In this document: piece after piece, positions 47,898 through 61,082 of the stretch
How the letters are laid out: every line of letters starts with the position of its first letter
Position numbering within the stretch: position 1 is the first letter of the stretch
DNA from: Eledone cirrhosa
Taxonomy: Eukaryota
Assembly: GCA_964016885.1 (NCBI GenBank)
Contig: CAXHJY010001521.1
Coordinates: forward strand, 74,575-138,574
DNA length: 64,000 bases
Direction of reading: 5' to 3'
Made by a program: the position numbers and the translations under genes
The notes under the pieces: model-generated
Told to the model about the DNA's origin: nothing
Databases searched by the model: none
The model's input: the letters and a program-made list of their open reading frames with translations, nothing else

Positions 47898-49287
47898 CGT
47901 GCAATAGCCATACTCTATAACGAGGGGGCAGCCATCATGGATGTATGTCATTTCTCCAATATGGTCGACTGAATACACACGTACTTTTCACCAAAATATT
48001 TTTTTCCGTTTCTTCCTTTTCTCATTCTACATCATTCTATTTCATCTTTTATTTCTGATGAAAGACTAGTTTCCGAAACATAAAGACTCATTCCCTACTA
48101 TATCAAGCGTTATACTAATATATATCTTCATTGTACTGTGTTGTTTGCTTTGTTGATTCTGTTTAATTTTTACATACATATATATGTGTTATGTATGTAT
48201 GTATGTTCTTCTGGTTTTATAATTTCACAAAATTTTGCCTATTTTTGCCGACAGAGAGTCGGTTTCTAACATAGACACAAGACTCTCTCATTGGAATTTA
48301 CACAACATCACTAGGTAGATATGTATGTATGTCTGCAAGTGTGTGCATGTGTATGTATGGATGTTATTGTATGTGTGGATGTGGATGTTTTGAGTTGTAT
48401 ATGTGCATGTGTATATGCTTTGTATCTGTACATGCGTATATGCAGTTATTAGATACAGAATTTTTGGAATGTTTTACATATTTTTACTGTTCCTTTAATG
48501 GATTGTACATGTAATTTCCTAACTAGTTGTGTTCTTTCTGTTCCTGTGAAGCCCAACTTCTCAAGATTTGAACTGAGGCAGTTACTAACATATCCCAGTG
48601 CCCCAATATACACAGACGTAAATCTGAATGTATATATGCATGTATGTATGTATGTATGTATGTATGTATATATGCATGTATGTATGTATGTATGTATGTA
48701 TGTATGTATGTATGCAAGTTACTGTGTATGTATGTATGTATGTATGTATTTATGTATGTATTTATGTATGTATGTGTATCTATGTATGTAAGCATATGTA
48801 TGTAGGTATGAATGTATGCATGTATATATGTGTATGTACGTGCGTATTTTCGTATATATGTATCCAGGTGTAAAAGTATGTATGTTTAGATTGTGTTTAT
48901 ATGTATATATGTATGCATATATATATATGTGTGTGTGTGTGTGTGTATGTATTTATATATATGTTTGTATATATATGTTTGTATGTATATGTATGTATGT
49001 ATGTATGTATATATATATGTGCATATATGTATGTGTATATATATATATATGCATTATATGTGTATGTATATATGTGTATGTATGTATATATGTATGTATA
49101 TGTGTATGTATGTATATATATATGTATGTATATGTGTATGTATGTATATATATGTATGTATATGTGTATGTATGTGTATATATGTATGTGTATGTATGTA
49201 TATATGGGAATGTATGTGTATGTATGTATATATGTATATATGTATGTATATATGTATGTATATATGTATGTATATGTGTATGTATGT

Positions 49288-49349
<62 letters not shown>

Positions 49350-49387
49350 GTGTGTGTATAACATTAGCTGTATGGTTTACATTTCAG

Positions 49388-49492
49388 TAAATGGGTTATC
49401 ATACGACAGTGCCCTCTGACGGTGACGACAGCAGATCCAAGGCTGAAAATTGCAAGATATGATCAAGCAGGACTGACCTTGAGGAAGGGGAG
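49388..49492 (+). CDS. Candidate internal exon (105 nt)
   Basis: Acceptor tttacatttcag, donor GAG|GTAAGT; one open frame KWVIIRQCPLTVTTADPRLKIARYDQAGLTLRKG; no homology recognised. Confidence 0.3.
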
Positions 49493-49678
49493 GTAAGTGG
49501 TACTGTGTGGGTGTCTGATCACCACCACAAGATGTCGCTTCCGTACTGTGGTATCAATGACACACTGAATGCTAATAAAATTGTATGGGTGATATTATTC
49601 CTGTATTTAATGTTGTAGCTTTTAATGTTTGCACTTTATATAAATATGTGTGTGTGTATGTATATATATGTGTATATA

Positions 49679-49783
<105 letters not shown>

Positions 49784-50149
49784 TTGCTTAAACTTTAATC
49801 TGTACTAATAACAAATATTTATTCTACGAGTTTATATATATATAAAGTATATATATATATATATATATATATAAAGTATATATATTTATAACAACAAAAC
49901 ATTTTTTTACAAAGTAGGGATTTCCGTATTAAATTGTACCGGTTTCAGCTTTATATGCTTTTTCAACGACGGAATGTATAGTGCAGTTAAATTGCATATT
50001 AATAATAAGAAGAATATGGAGAAAAAAAAATTAGTTTTTACATACATATTTAGGGAGGAAAGTTCATATTTTTGTCCGTAGTTTTCTTTCGTGTGTCTCT
50101 ACATTCTATATATATATATAGGTTAACGCTTGATATAGCAGGAAGAGAG

Positions 50150-50185
50150 TCTTAACGTTTCGGACGCTAGTCTTTCATCAGAAGA
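50150..50185 (-). ncRNA. Minimal hammerhead ribozyme
   Basis: Minus: tctt CTGATGA aa gac tagc gtc c GAAA cG TT aaga; aacgtt palindrome. Confidence 0.7.
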
Positions 50186-50289
50186 AAGAATGAGAAATAA
50201 GATAGATTGAGGGGACGGGCGGGTTGGAATTGGAAAAAATGTCTTTAGATAAAAAATAACAGGTCCATTCATGTTGACATCTCTTGGAA

Positions 50290-50351
<62 letters not shown>

Positions 50352-50616
50352 AAAAGAATACATTGATCTTTCGTTTTTGTTTTGAGCGGTGTTTGTTTCA
50401 CATTTGAAAAGAGGAGTTTAGCCCTGAAATATCAAAATATCTTGTTGGTATATATTAGGTAAAACATTACTATGTTTTGTTTTAGTTGTCATCCTTTGTA
50501 CTCTACATATTACGATCGCAAGAGATGTCAACATGAATGGACCTGTTATCTTTATCTAAAGACATTTTTTTCTAATTCCATCCTGCCCATCTCAATCTAT
50601 CTTATTTTTCATTCTT

Positions 50617-50652
50617 TCTTCTGATGAAGGACTAGCGTCAGAAACGTTAAGA
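50617..50652 (+). ncRNA. Minimal hammerhead ribozyme
   Basis: tctt CTGATGA ag gac tagc gtc a GAAA cG TT aaga. Confidence 0.68.
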
Positions 50653-50973
50653 CCCCCTTCCTGCTATATCAAGCGTTAACCTAATATATACCTTCCATAT
50701 ACTGTACCGATTGTGTTGTTATTTCTGTTTCCCTTTTATATTTTGTGTTGTTCACTTTCTAATTAAACAGCTCTGTTCTATACATAGAGCACCCTTTTTT
50801 CCTTTGTTTCTCCTTTGGAATTACCTAACACAGTAAAACATATATACATATTGAGAAATAAGCCAAACAAAACTAACTTTTCTATAAAAAAACCCGTATC
50901 GTTTAGCTGTATAACATTTTCACCTATAATTATTTCCTTTCGTATTTGAAATCACATTAATTTATACTATATA

Positions 50974-51044
<71 letters not shown>

Positions 51045-51119
51045 GTGTGTGTATTTATTTATTTATTTACTATAAGGTGCCAGACAATTAAATTTCGCCT
51101 TTATTTATACACACACACA

Positions 51120-51171
<52 letters not shown>

Positions 51172-51268
51172 TATATACACACATACATTTATATATACAT
51201 ATATATACACACATATATATATAAATATTTGTATGTGTATATTTGTTCGTGTATATATATATACATAT

Positions 51269-51300
<32 letters not shown>

Positions 51301-51704
51301 CACACATATATATATATATATAAATATTTGTATGTGTATATTTGTGTGTATATTTGTTTGTATGTATATATATATATTGTATTGTATGTATGTATGTATG
51401 TATGTATGTATGTACAAATAAATTAGTGAATCGAACCGTTTAAGAGAAATGTTGTTTGAAAGGAGGTCCCATCAGTTAATGATACCCGTGTGACTAAGAA
51501 ACATAACACAATTAAGTCAGCGTTCTAACTTACATAATACTCTCACCCCAGGCTCTGTTGCCCTCCAAGACGAACAGGGCAAACTAAGTATCGGCTGCTC
51601 TGTGATTGGTTTGTGTTAGAGCCTATAGCGGTGGCAACTTCCGGCTTTCTTGGCCCTTGCTTCACATCCCTACTGATATGATAGGTTTGTGGTAGAACCT
51701 GTAG

Positions 51705-52384
51705 CAGTGGAGACTTCCGGCATTCTTGGCCCCAAGACCAGTGGAGACTTCCGGCATTCTTGGCCCCTAGACCAGTGGAGACTTCCGGCATTCTTGGCCC
51801 CAAGACCAGTGGAGACTTCCGGCATTCTTGGCCCCTAGACCAGTGGAGACTTCCGGCATTCTTGGCCCCTAGACCAGTGGAGACTTCCGGCATTCTTGGC
51901 CCCTAGACCAGTGGAGACTTCCGGCATTCTTGGCCCCTAGACCAGTGGAGACTTCCGGCATTCTTGGCCCCTAGACCAGTGGAGACTTCCGGCATTCTTG
52001 GCCCCTAGACCAGTAGAGACTTCCGGCATTCTTGGCCCCTAGACCAGTGGAGACTTCCGGCATTCTTGGCCCCTAGACCAGTGGAGACTTCCGGCATTCT
52101 TGGCCCCTAGACCAGTAGAGACTTCCGGCATTCTTGGCCCCTAGACCAGTGGAGACTTCCGGCATTCTTGGCCCCTAGACCAGTGGAGACTTCCGGCATT
52201 CTTGGCCCCTAGACCAGTGGAGACTTCCGGCATTCTTGGCCCCTAGACCAGTAGAGACTTCCGGCATTCTTGGCCCCTAGACCAGTGGAGACTTCCGGCA
52301 TTCTTGGCCCCAAGACCAGTGGAGACTTCCGGCATTCTTGGCCCCTAGACCAGTAGAGACTTCCGGCATTCTTGGCCCCTAGAC
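51705..52384. repeat. 34-bp homogeneous minisatellite, 20 copies
   Basis: cagtggagacttccggcattcttggcccctagac. Confidence 0.97.
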
Positions 52385-52887
52385 CAGTGCTTCTCAAAAT
52401 ATCTGATGTGACGGACCGGCATTTTTTTTTCAATGTGCCACGTACCGCTAATATTTCGTAGTAATATTAATTTATACCGGAAACTATATATATATAATGA
52501 ATATAATAAAAGTTGACCATTTTTTTATCTTCTATTTATTTTGTAAGCAAATAATTGTTTCTACTTTAGGCACAAGGCCAGCAATAACTCAGTACATTAC
52601 TGGTACTTTATTTTATCGACCCCGTAAGGATGAAAGGCAAAGTTAACCTCGGCGGGATTTGAACTCAGACTGTAAAGGGACGTAACTATGCTAGAAAGAT
52701 TTTGTAAACAAATAATACAATATCAAAACATATAAAAAAAAATAATTAAAAACATAACAAGCAGTTTATTAACACAAAAATAAAAATTATATAACCTTAA
52801 TCTTTACTAGTGTGAAAGGCCGCGTACCGGTAGCTGATGGCTCGCGTACCGGCACCGGTCCGCGGACCACCACTTTGAGTAGCACTG
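52385..52887. mobile_element. hAT-superfamily MITE
   Basis: TIRs cagtgcttctcaaa / tttgagtagcactg (13 of 14 match); 8-bp TSD ccctagac at 52377 and 52888. Confidence 0.88.
52556..52698 (-). mobile_element. SINE family A nested in the hAT MITE
   Basis: Flanked by 18-bp duplication attttgtaa(g/a)caaataat (52538-52555, 52699-52716). Confidence 0.85.
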
Positions 52888-54045
52888 CCCTAGACCACAT
52901 CCTTGCTCATATAGTAGAGCCTGTAGCGGTGGAGACTTCCGGTGTTCTTGGCCCCAGACCACATCCCTACTAATATGATAGGTTTGTGGTAGACCCTGTA
53001 GTAGTGGAGACTTCCGGCGTTCCTGGCCCCTAGATCACATCCTTACTCGTGTATTAGAGCCTGTAGCGGTGGCGACTTCCGGCGTTCTTGGCCCCCCAGA
53101 CCACATCCGAACTCCTGTGATAGGTTTGTAGTAGGGCCTATAGCAGTGGCGACTTCCGGCGTTCTTGGTCCCTAGACTACATCCCTACACATGTATTAGA
53201 TCCTGTAGCAGTGGCGACTTCCGGCGTTCTTGGCCCTTGCTTCACATCCCTACTGATAAGATAGGTTTATGGTAGACCCTGAAGCAGTGAAGACTTCCAA
53301 CATTCTTGGTCCTCAGACCACATCCCTACTCGTGTGATAGGTTTAATGTAGAGCTTATAGCCAGGACCTATGAGTGGGGTGTCCAGCCGCTACTTTGTTC
53401 TGGGGTCCAAGAACTAAGAAAGCCCTATAGCAACCACGCAACATGCAATTTTAGAAAAATCTTTGCTTACTTCGGGCCCCAAAGGAGTCTTGTACCGCCT
53501 TGCAGAATTTCTCTCAGAGGCCCTGTCTATAGCAGTGGACACATCCGGTGTTTTGTCCCCCAGACCACTTCCCTACTGATATGATTGGTTTGTGGTAAAG
53601 CCTGTAGCAGTGGAGACTTCCGGTGTTCTTGGTCCCCGGATGTCATCCCTACTCATGTGATAAATTTGTGGTGGAATCCTATAGCAGTGGAGACTTCCGG
53701 TGTTGCTGGCCCCCGGACCCAGGGCCGGATTTAATGTGGAGCAGAGGGGGAAATCGCCCCGGGTCCCCTGCAGTGTGGGGGCCCCACCAGCGACGGCCGT
53801 AGCAATTAATTTGAGTCTTCATCTGGGCTTTTTAGTTTTAGGATGGTTAGAATTTTTCTATATAATACCTGTATGTACAACTTACACAATTCCAATTACT
53901 TGCGCCTAACAAACCTTCCTTTCTACAGAATCCGAAACTATAAAGAAACCTAGAGGGCAGCTGATTAGCGGCAATTCTCCATGTGTCCAACTTCTCTATT
54001 GTATCTCACCTTACTTTGTCCTACATGTTAATATTTTACATATAT

Positions 54046-54118
<73 letters not shown>

Positions 54119-54253
54119 CATACTGATTTGAACTCAAACTTATTTTCATTATTCTCCAAAATGGTGTCAGAGGTTGTGGAAAAGCTGTCGGTACGTACTC
54201 CACCACCATCGCACCGAGCTGAAGTGTGTGGGGGGGGGGGGAGGCTTTTGTAT

Positions 54254-54311
<58 letters not shown>

Positions 54312-54414
54312 GTACATTATAAATACATAAATATGGACATATTTTATATGAATGTACCTCACCACCGTCTCCAGGCCTCTGTGTATAGATTGGGTGCAAT
54401 GAGGGAGGCCTTTG

Positions 54415-54466
<52 letters not shown>

Positions 54467-54607
54467 TATGTATGTGTATGAAATCACAATGAAACCGAGT
54501 GAGCGACCCAATCAAAGTGTGAGCCGGTGCAAACGGTGCACTCAGAACAAATGTTTCCGGTGTCGATTATTACCGAACGCCGGTACGACAAAACCCCTAC
54601 ATATGTG

Positions 54608-54716
<109 letters not shown>

Positions 54717-54805
54717 CTATATATACATATACACATACATACATACATAGATACATTCATATATACATATATATATATATGTGTGTGAGTGTGTGTGTAT
54801 ACATA

Positions 54806-54853
<48 letters not shown>

Positions 54854-55027
54854 TAATTATAAATATGAACGAGGTGTCAAATTTTCATTAATTTTTTTAT
54901 GTGTGATGCGCGTTTCGCGATTAATCAGCTCAAGGTTCGACTTCTATCGATCGGGCCCGATTCTGGAATCAAAAGCTTATCAGACACATACATACATTTA
55001 TATATATAACAAATTTAATATAAAAAT

Positions 55028-55079
55028 GGCTTCTACAGGATTAGAACTGTTTCATTCGAAGGAAATCATGAGGAAAGCC
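55028..55079 (-). ncRNA. Decayed hammerhead (family of 61999)
   Basis: Core CTCATGA; stem I ggctttc/gaagcc differs from other copies yet still pairs. Confidence 0.55.
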
Positions 55080-55389
55080 GACTTGCATTGTAATGCAGTT
55101 GTATTTGTATAATTTCTGTTAGTTGGGTAAGGTAGTGGTTTTAAGGAAGTGATATATTTATGTATATATAATATAAATATATATCGAGGGAGTGTCACGT
55201 GGAGTTACTGTAAGCTCACCCAGGTGAGCACTCGATGTTTAGGTTCACTTCAGTGTGGAGGTGAAGAGCTAGACTATGTGTAATATAATAAAATAAAACG
55301 AGTGGTTACTCTTTCATTACGTTTGTGACACGCGTTTCGCTATTGATCAGCTCAAGGTTAGATCTGTATCGATCTAGCCCGACTCTGTA

Positions 55390-55432
<43 letters not shown>

Positions 55433-55630
55433 AACAAGTAAGACCCCGACGGCTGAGCTCAAGCCGTTTCGACGGCTAATTCTGGACTCAGAATTATATA
55501 GTAATAATAAATGTGGAGACTAAAATTCGAAAGGGTGAAAGCAGCGATTCCTTGCTGAACCTTTAATCTGTACATATAATATACACACACACACACACAC
55601 ACACACATACACACACATGCATATATATAT

Positions 55631-55885
55631 CTAGTGCGGGCAAAATTCCCGAGATCCATGGACGAGTTCTCTCCAGCGGTCTCTGTCCCTCATTATCGCT
55701 GCCATGTCCTGCGTCTCCAACAGACCAGTGTCTGTCCTTAGGGCATCAACATACGTTAACCTTGGTCTTCCTCTTCCAGTGTGTCCATGTAGGGGCTCCC
55801 ACAGGAGCACTGAGTGCAGTGTCAACTCTGGATGTCGGTGAGCATGTCCAGCTAACCTCAGTCTCCTCTGTGTCACTTTTGAGCT

Positions 55886-55888
<3 letters not shown>
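55631..55888 (-). pseudogene. RTE-like LINE 3' end, un-amplified sister of 35460
   Basis: QRRLRLAGHAHRHPELTLHSVLLWEPLHGHTGRGRPRLTYVDALRTDTG..DRDRWRELV. Confidence 0.85.
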
Positions 55889-55923
<35 letters not shown>

Positions 55924-56074
55924 ATACTTTGGGAGGGTCATGTTGCCAATAAGAAACACACGCACCAGTTGCTTTCACTTCAATTTAATTTAATATATAT
56001 TTATAAATTTACAAATTTATAAATTTCTGGTTGGTTGGTTGGTTCCACAACCAGATAGTTGTTTATATATATAT

Positions 56075-56119
56075 AGTCATAGTTCTTTCGTCACACACTC
56101 TGTGACCTCTTCAGTGACT
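56075..56119 (-). ncRNA. Minimal hammerhead in Penelope pseudo-LTR (left arm)
   Basis: Mirror of 57778-57822. Confidence 0.75.
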
Positions 56120-56423
56120 GGGGATTTCTTTCTTCGTTTCTGTGCCTTTCCTTTCTTCTATCCTACGCCATTTTGTTTGTGTGTGGGTTGCGTGCTCAGT
56201 TTGCGCATGCGCCACATCCGGGTGTCTGTGTGTGTTTGTGTTCATTTTTCTATTTTTATATTTTTATATTTATATTTGTTTGTTTATTTATTTATTTATT
56301 GTTGGTTGGTTGTTTGTTCTATGTGTGTGTGTGTTTTCATTTTGTCTTGTGTGTGTTTTCATTTTGTGTGTGTTTTCAATTGTAAGTTGTTTATATATGT
56401 GTGTGTGTGTTTTCATTTTGTCC

Positions 56424-56951
56424 TTAATTGTAAGTTGTGATGTTGCTGTTCCACTCATATTTTCTATTTAATTTTGGTTTTAATTCTTTTATGCTTACTG
56501 CCTCTGTAATTTGCCTAAACATTGCGTCTTTCTTGTGTGTGGATTCTATTTTTATTTCTATGCTCTCTAATTTACCCCTGTGTTCTATCTTAGCATGTTG
56601 GTAGAGCACAGATGATTCTTTACTATCTTGGAGGTCTCGCCAGTGTTCATTTATTCGTTCCCCTATACTACGAGCTGTCTCACCTATGTACACTATATTT
56701 TTGTTTCTACATTGTCCCTCAGTACATCTTATGCTATATACTACATTTCTAGTTTTACAGTTAATATGGGGGCTTATTTTACAGGTTATACATTTCTTAT
56801 CTATACATGAGGGTCTTTGGAACGGGTATGTCTTGCTAATAAGTGTTTTTACGGAGGTACCAGGTCTTTCTACTATCTTAATATTGAGATTATGTTTCTT
56901 TAGGGCCCTTCTAAATTTGTAGGCTAGTTCACCTCTAGGGGTTGCATCAAT
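56424..56951 (-). pseudogene. Penelope-like Cys linker plus GIY-YIG endonuclease, 5'-truncated (left arm)
   Basis: IDATPRGELAYKF..CIDKKCITC..CKTRNVVYSIRCTEGQC..VYIGETARSIGERINEH..RQITEAVSI..PKLN. Confidence 0.88.
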
Positions 56952-56954
56952 ACA

Positions 56955-57473
56955 ACCCCTAGAGGTGAACTAGCCTACAAATTTAGAAGGGCCCTAAAGA
57001 AACATAATCTCAATATTAAGATAGTAGAAAGACCTGGTACCTCCGTAAAAACACTTATTAGCAAGACATACCCGTTCCAAAGACCCTCATGTATAGATAA
57101 GAAATGTATAACCTGTAAAATAAGCCCCCATATTAACTGTAAAACTAGAAATGTAGTATATAGCATAAGATGTACTGAGGGACAATGTAGAAACAAAAAT
57201 ATAGTGTACATAGGTGAGACAGCTCGTAGTATAGGGGAACGAATAAATGAACACTGGCGAGACCTCCAAGATAGTAAAGAATCATCTGTGCTCTACCAAC
57301 ATGCTAAGATAGAACACAGGGGTAAATTAGAGAGCATAGAAATAAAAATAGAATCCACACACAAGAAAGACGCAATGTTTAGGCAAATTACAGAGGCAGT
57401 AAGCATAAAAGAATTAAAACCAAAATTAAATAGAAAATATGAGTGGAACAGCAACATCACAACTTACAATTAA
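56955..57473 (+). pseudogene. Penelope-like Cys linker plus GIY-YIG endonuclease, 5'-truncated (right arm)
   Basis: Frame open from the palindrome centre to the stop; VVY..YIG, R, H, E and N motifs of Penelope-type GIY-YIG present. Confidence 0.88.
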
Positions 57474-57777
57474 GGACAAAATGAAAACACACACACACAT
57501 ATATAAACAACTTACAATTGAAAACACACACAAAATGAAAACACACACAAGACAAAATGAAAACACACACACACATAGAACAAACAACCAACCAACAATA
57601 AATAAATAAATAAACAAACAAATATAAATATAAAAATAGAAAAATAGAAAAATGAACACAAACACACACAGACACCCGGATGTGGCGCATGCGCAAACTG
57701 AGCACGCAACCCACACACAAACAAAATGGCGTAGGATAGAAGAAAGGAAAGGCACAGAAACGAAGAAAGAAATCCCC

Positions 57778-57822
57778 AGTCACTGAAGAGGTCACAGAGT
57801 GTGTGACGAAAGAACTATGACT
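57778..57822 (+). ncRNA. Minimal hammerhead in Penelope pseudo-LTR (right arm)
   Basis: agtca CTGAAGA g gtcaca gagtg tgtgac GAAA g aa C TA tgact. Confidence 0.75.
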
Positions 57823-58035
57823 ATATATATATAAACAACTATCTGGTTGTGGAACCAACCAACCAACCAGAAATTTATAAATTTGTAAATTTATAAATAT
57901 ATATTAAATTAAATTGAAGTGAAAGCAACTGGTGCGTGTGTTTCTTATTGGCAACATGACCCTCCCAAAGTATAACAATATCGGTTTCAACACACGATTT
58001 CAGATAAAGAATCTTGCTAAACAAATTCAGAAACG

Positions 58036-58071
<36 letters not shown>

Positions 58072-58259
58072 AAGTATGGCCCCGACGGCAGAGTTCAAGC
58101 CATTTCGACGGCTATTTCAGGACGCGTTATGGTCCATCTGGTTCCTTACCACAACTCCTTCGTTATATATATATATATATATATATCAAAAATATAATAT
58201 ATATATATATATGTCTATGTGTGTATATATATATATATATATATTATACACACACATTG

Positions 58260-58304
<45 letters not shown>

Positions 58305-58349
58305 TTAATGGTTACATGATCAAAAATATAATATATATATATATATGTC

Positions 58350-58396
<47 letters not shown>

Positions 58397-58496
58397 TGTT
58401 ATCGCTATTCGAACAATTTTACCGCTGATTAAATCTGCACTACACCATCAATGTCATCGATCAACAGGTTTGGGGGACATCCATTCCTTGTATAGA

Positions 58497-58990
58497 TTGT
58501 TGTTGTTGTTGGTGGTGGTGGTGGTGTTGTTGTGGTGGTGGTGGTGGTGGTGGTGTTGGTGGTGATGGTCGTGGTGTTGTTGTTGGTGTTGGTGGTGGTG
58601 GTGGTGGTGTTGTTGGTGGTGGTGGTGGTGTTGTTGTTGGTGGTGGTGGTGGTGGTCGTGGTGGTGGTCGTGGTCGTGGTGGTGGTGTTGTTGTTGTTGT
58701 TGTTGTTGTTGGCGTTGTTGTTGGTTCTGGTGGTGTTGTTGTTGTTGGTGGCGTTGTTGTTGGTTCTGGTGGTGTTGTTGTTGTTGGTGGCGTTGTTGTT
58801 GGTGGTGGTGTTGTTGTTGGTGGTGGTGGTGGTGGTGGTGGTGGTGGTGTTACTGTTGTTGTTGTTGTTACTGTTATTGTTACTTTTGTTGTTGTTGTTG
58901 TTGTTGCTACTGCTGCTGATTCTGCTGGTATTGTTGTTGTTGTTGTTGTTGTAGTTATTGCTGCTGCTAGTGTTATTGTTGTTATTGTTG
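58497..58990. repeat. (GTT/GTG)n trinucleotide field
   Basis: Directly visible. Confidence 0.93.
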
Positions 58991-59224
58991 GAGTTGTTCA
59001 GTTCAGGTTATCAAAATGGCGACGACGAAGCTATAATGGGGGAGGGGGTGGGGGGCTGGTGCCTTGTTTTGTGTCTCGTCAGCTATTGACATTGTCAGAT
59101 AGAGTGTAAAATAACACAACACACACACACACACACACAGCTACGGACATTGTCTGTTTATGAATGTCTCTATAGGTATATATTTGTAAGTATGTATGTA
59201 TATATGTATATGTATATATATATG

Positions 59225-59257
<33 letters not shown>

Positions 59258-59258
59258 G

Positions 59259-59296
<38 letters not shown>

Positions 59297-59349
59297 CATA
59301 CTTATATATAGAGAGATAAATACATAAACGGAGAAGGCTAATAACGATG

Positions 59350-59418
<69 letters not shown>

Positions 59419-59465
59419 TATTATTTATACATATATATATATATACACACATATTATATATATAT

Positions 59466-59496
<31 letters not shown>

Positions 59497-59586
59497 AATG
59501 TATGTATGTGTATATATATATATATGTATATGTGTGTGTGTATATAAATATGTATGAATATTATATTATCATGTTTGTGAATGTAT

Positions 59587-59639
<53 letters not shown>

Positions 59640-59836
59640 TACACACACACTCATATATATATATACATATACATATATATATATACATATACATATATAT
59701 ATGTGTGTATATATATATATGTGTGTGTGTGTGTAAATAAATATTGAACCACGTCTCACGGATAATGTGAACGAAGACAATGATTTAGAGTAACATAAAC
59801 TTAACAATAACATACACTAGTATATATATATATATA

Positions 59837-60077
59837 GGAACCAGTAAGACCCCGACGGCTGAGCTCAAGCCGTTTCGACGGCTAATTCTGGACTAAAAAA
59901 AAAAATTGATTTTTTTTTTTTTAAATTTTTTTTTTTTTTTAGTCCAGAATTAGCCGTCGAAACGGCTTGAGCTCAGCCGTCGGGGTCTTACTGGTTGCTA
60001 TTACCCACTCTACTACCCTAAGTATTGAGTACTTTGGTGCGTTATGGTCCACCTGGTTCCTTACCACATTTCCTTCG

Positions 60078-60079
<2 letters not shown>
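59837..60079. mobile_element. GAAA-hairpin-GTC repeat family as palindrome
   Basis: 59839-59894 is the exact reverse complement of 59941-59996, extended by A and T runs. Confidence 0.8.
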
Positions 60080-60142
<63 letters not shown>

Positions 60143-60144
<2 letters not shown>

Positions 60145-61024
60145 AACGGAAAAAATAAAACGAAATTTCATTTCCCATTCTTAGTACGGCTGTTACTTAA
60201 ATATAAGTATTACACGTACATACATATATGTATACATACGTACAGTAGTATGTATATATATATATATATACATACATGCACACATATATATATGTACGTA
60301 TGGATTCACCGAACATTTATTATAATGCTCGGTGTCTTTGTAATAAGTGTCCTTGTATTAAGCCGTAGTGTCTAGCAACCATCGTTGCCCATTTGTCAGT
60401 GTTGAACAAACGAGCAACGATGGTTGCTAGACACTAACACTTAATTCGGGATGTTTGTTTACAAACACAGCGAGCATTATAATAAATGTTCGTTGAATCC
60501 ATACGTACGTGTATATATGTGTGCATGTATGTATATATATATATACATACTACTGTACGTCTGTATACATATATGTATGTACGTATACATACTTATATTT
60601 AAGTAACATCCGTACTAAGAGTGGGAAATGAAATTTCGTTTCATTTTTTCCGTTTATCGTATTCGGTACCCCGGCCGATTAACTCACTCGATATGCAAAT
60701 TAGGCTGCTCAGCCGTTAATATGCATAAGGAAAGTATATACTTTCAGACGTTCAATCATCTGGCAGGAAGGTATACGTTGCTGACGATAGCTAATAAGCT
60801 TGAAACTAGTACAGCGTTCCTTTGTCAGTGTTGAACAAACGAGCAACGATGGTTGCTAGACACTACGGCTTAATTCGGGATGTTTGTTTACAAACACAGC
60901 GAGCATTATAATAAATGTTCGGTGAATCCATACGTACGTGTATAAATGTGTGCATGTATGTATATATATATATATATACATACTACTGTATGTCTGTATA
61001 CATATATGTATGTGCGTATACATG

Positions 61025-61030
<6 letters not shown>
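60143..61030 (+). mobile_element. Non-autonomous Penelope/retrozyme-like element: inverted segment, 429-bp monomer, partial tandem
   Basis: IR 60143-60389 / 60412-60657; tttgtcagtgttgaacaaacgag at 60392 and 60821. Confidence 0.8.
60775..60817 (+). ncRNA. Minimal type-I hammerhead ribozyme
   Basis: acgttg CTGACGA t agct aata agct t GAAA ctaG TA cagcgt. Confidence 0.82.

Positions 61031-61082
<52 letters not shown>

Larger units (their letters stand above)
50121..50880. mobile_element. Hammerhead cassette with 5' inverted copy
   Basis: 50121-50285 is a diverged reverse complement of 50520-50682. Confidence 0.8.
51615..53720. repeat. Older diverged ~60-75 bp satellite (gcctgtagcagtggagacttccgg..ccacatccctact..)
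   Basis: About 11 diverged units hosting the 34-bp array and the hAT MITE. Confidence 0.85.
55917..57980. mobile_element. Penelope-like element 3' part as a 2.06-kb palindrome
   Basis: Arms 55917-56944 and 56953-57980 (1028 bp), 8-nt centre catcaata; mirrored ORFs in the track; only one arm mismatch noticed. Confidence 0.92.

Noticed and set aside
51705-52384. 34-bp repeats as a CRISPR array
   Set aside because: Head-to-tail with no unique spacers
56424-57473. Prokaryotic or homing GIY-YIG nuclease
   Set aside because: The Cys linker, CxxxxC and H spacing, and the downstream hammerhead fit a Penelope-like retroelement
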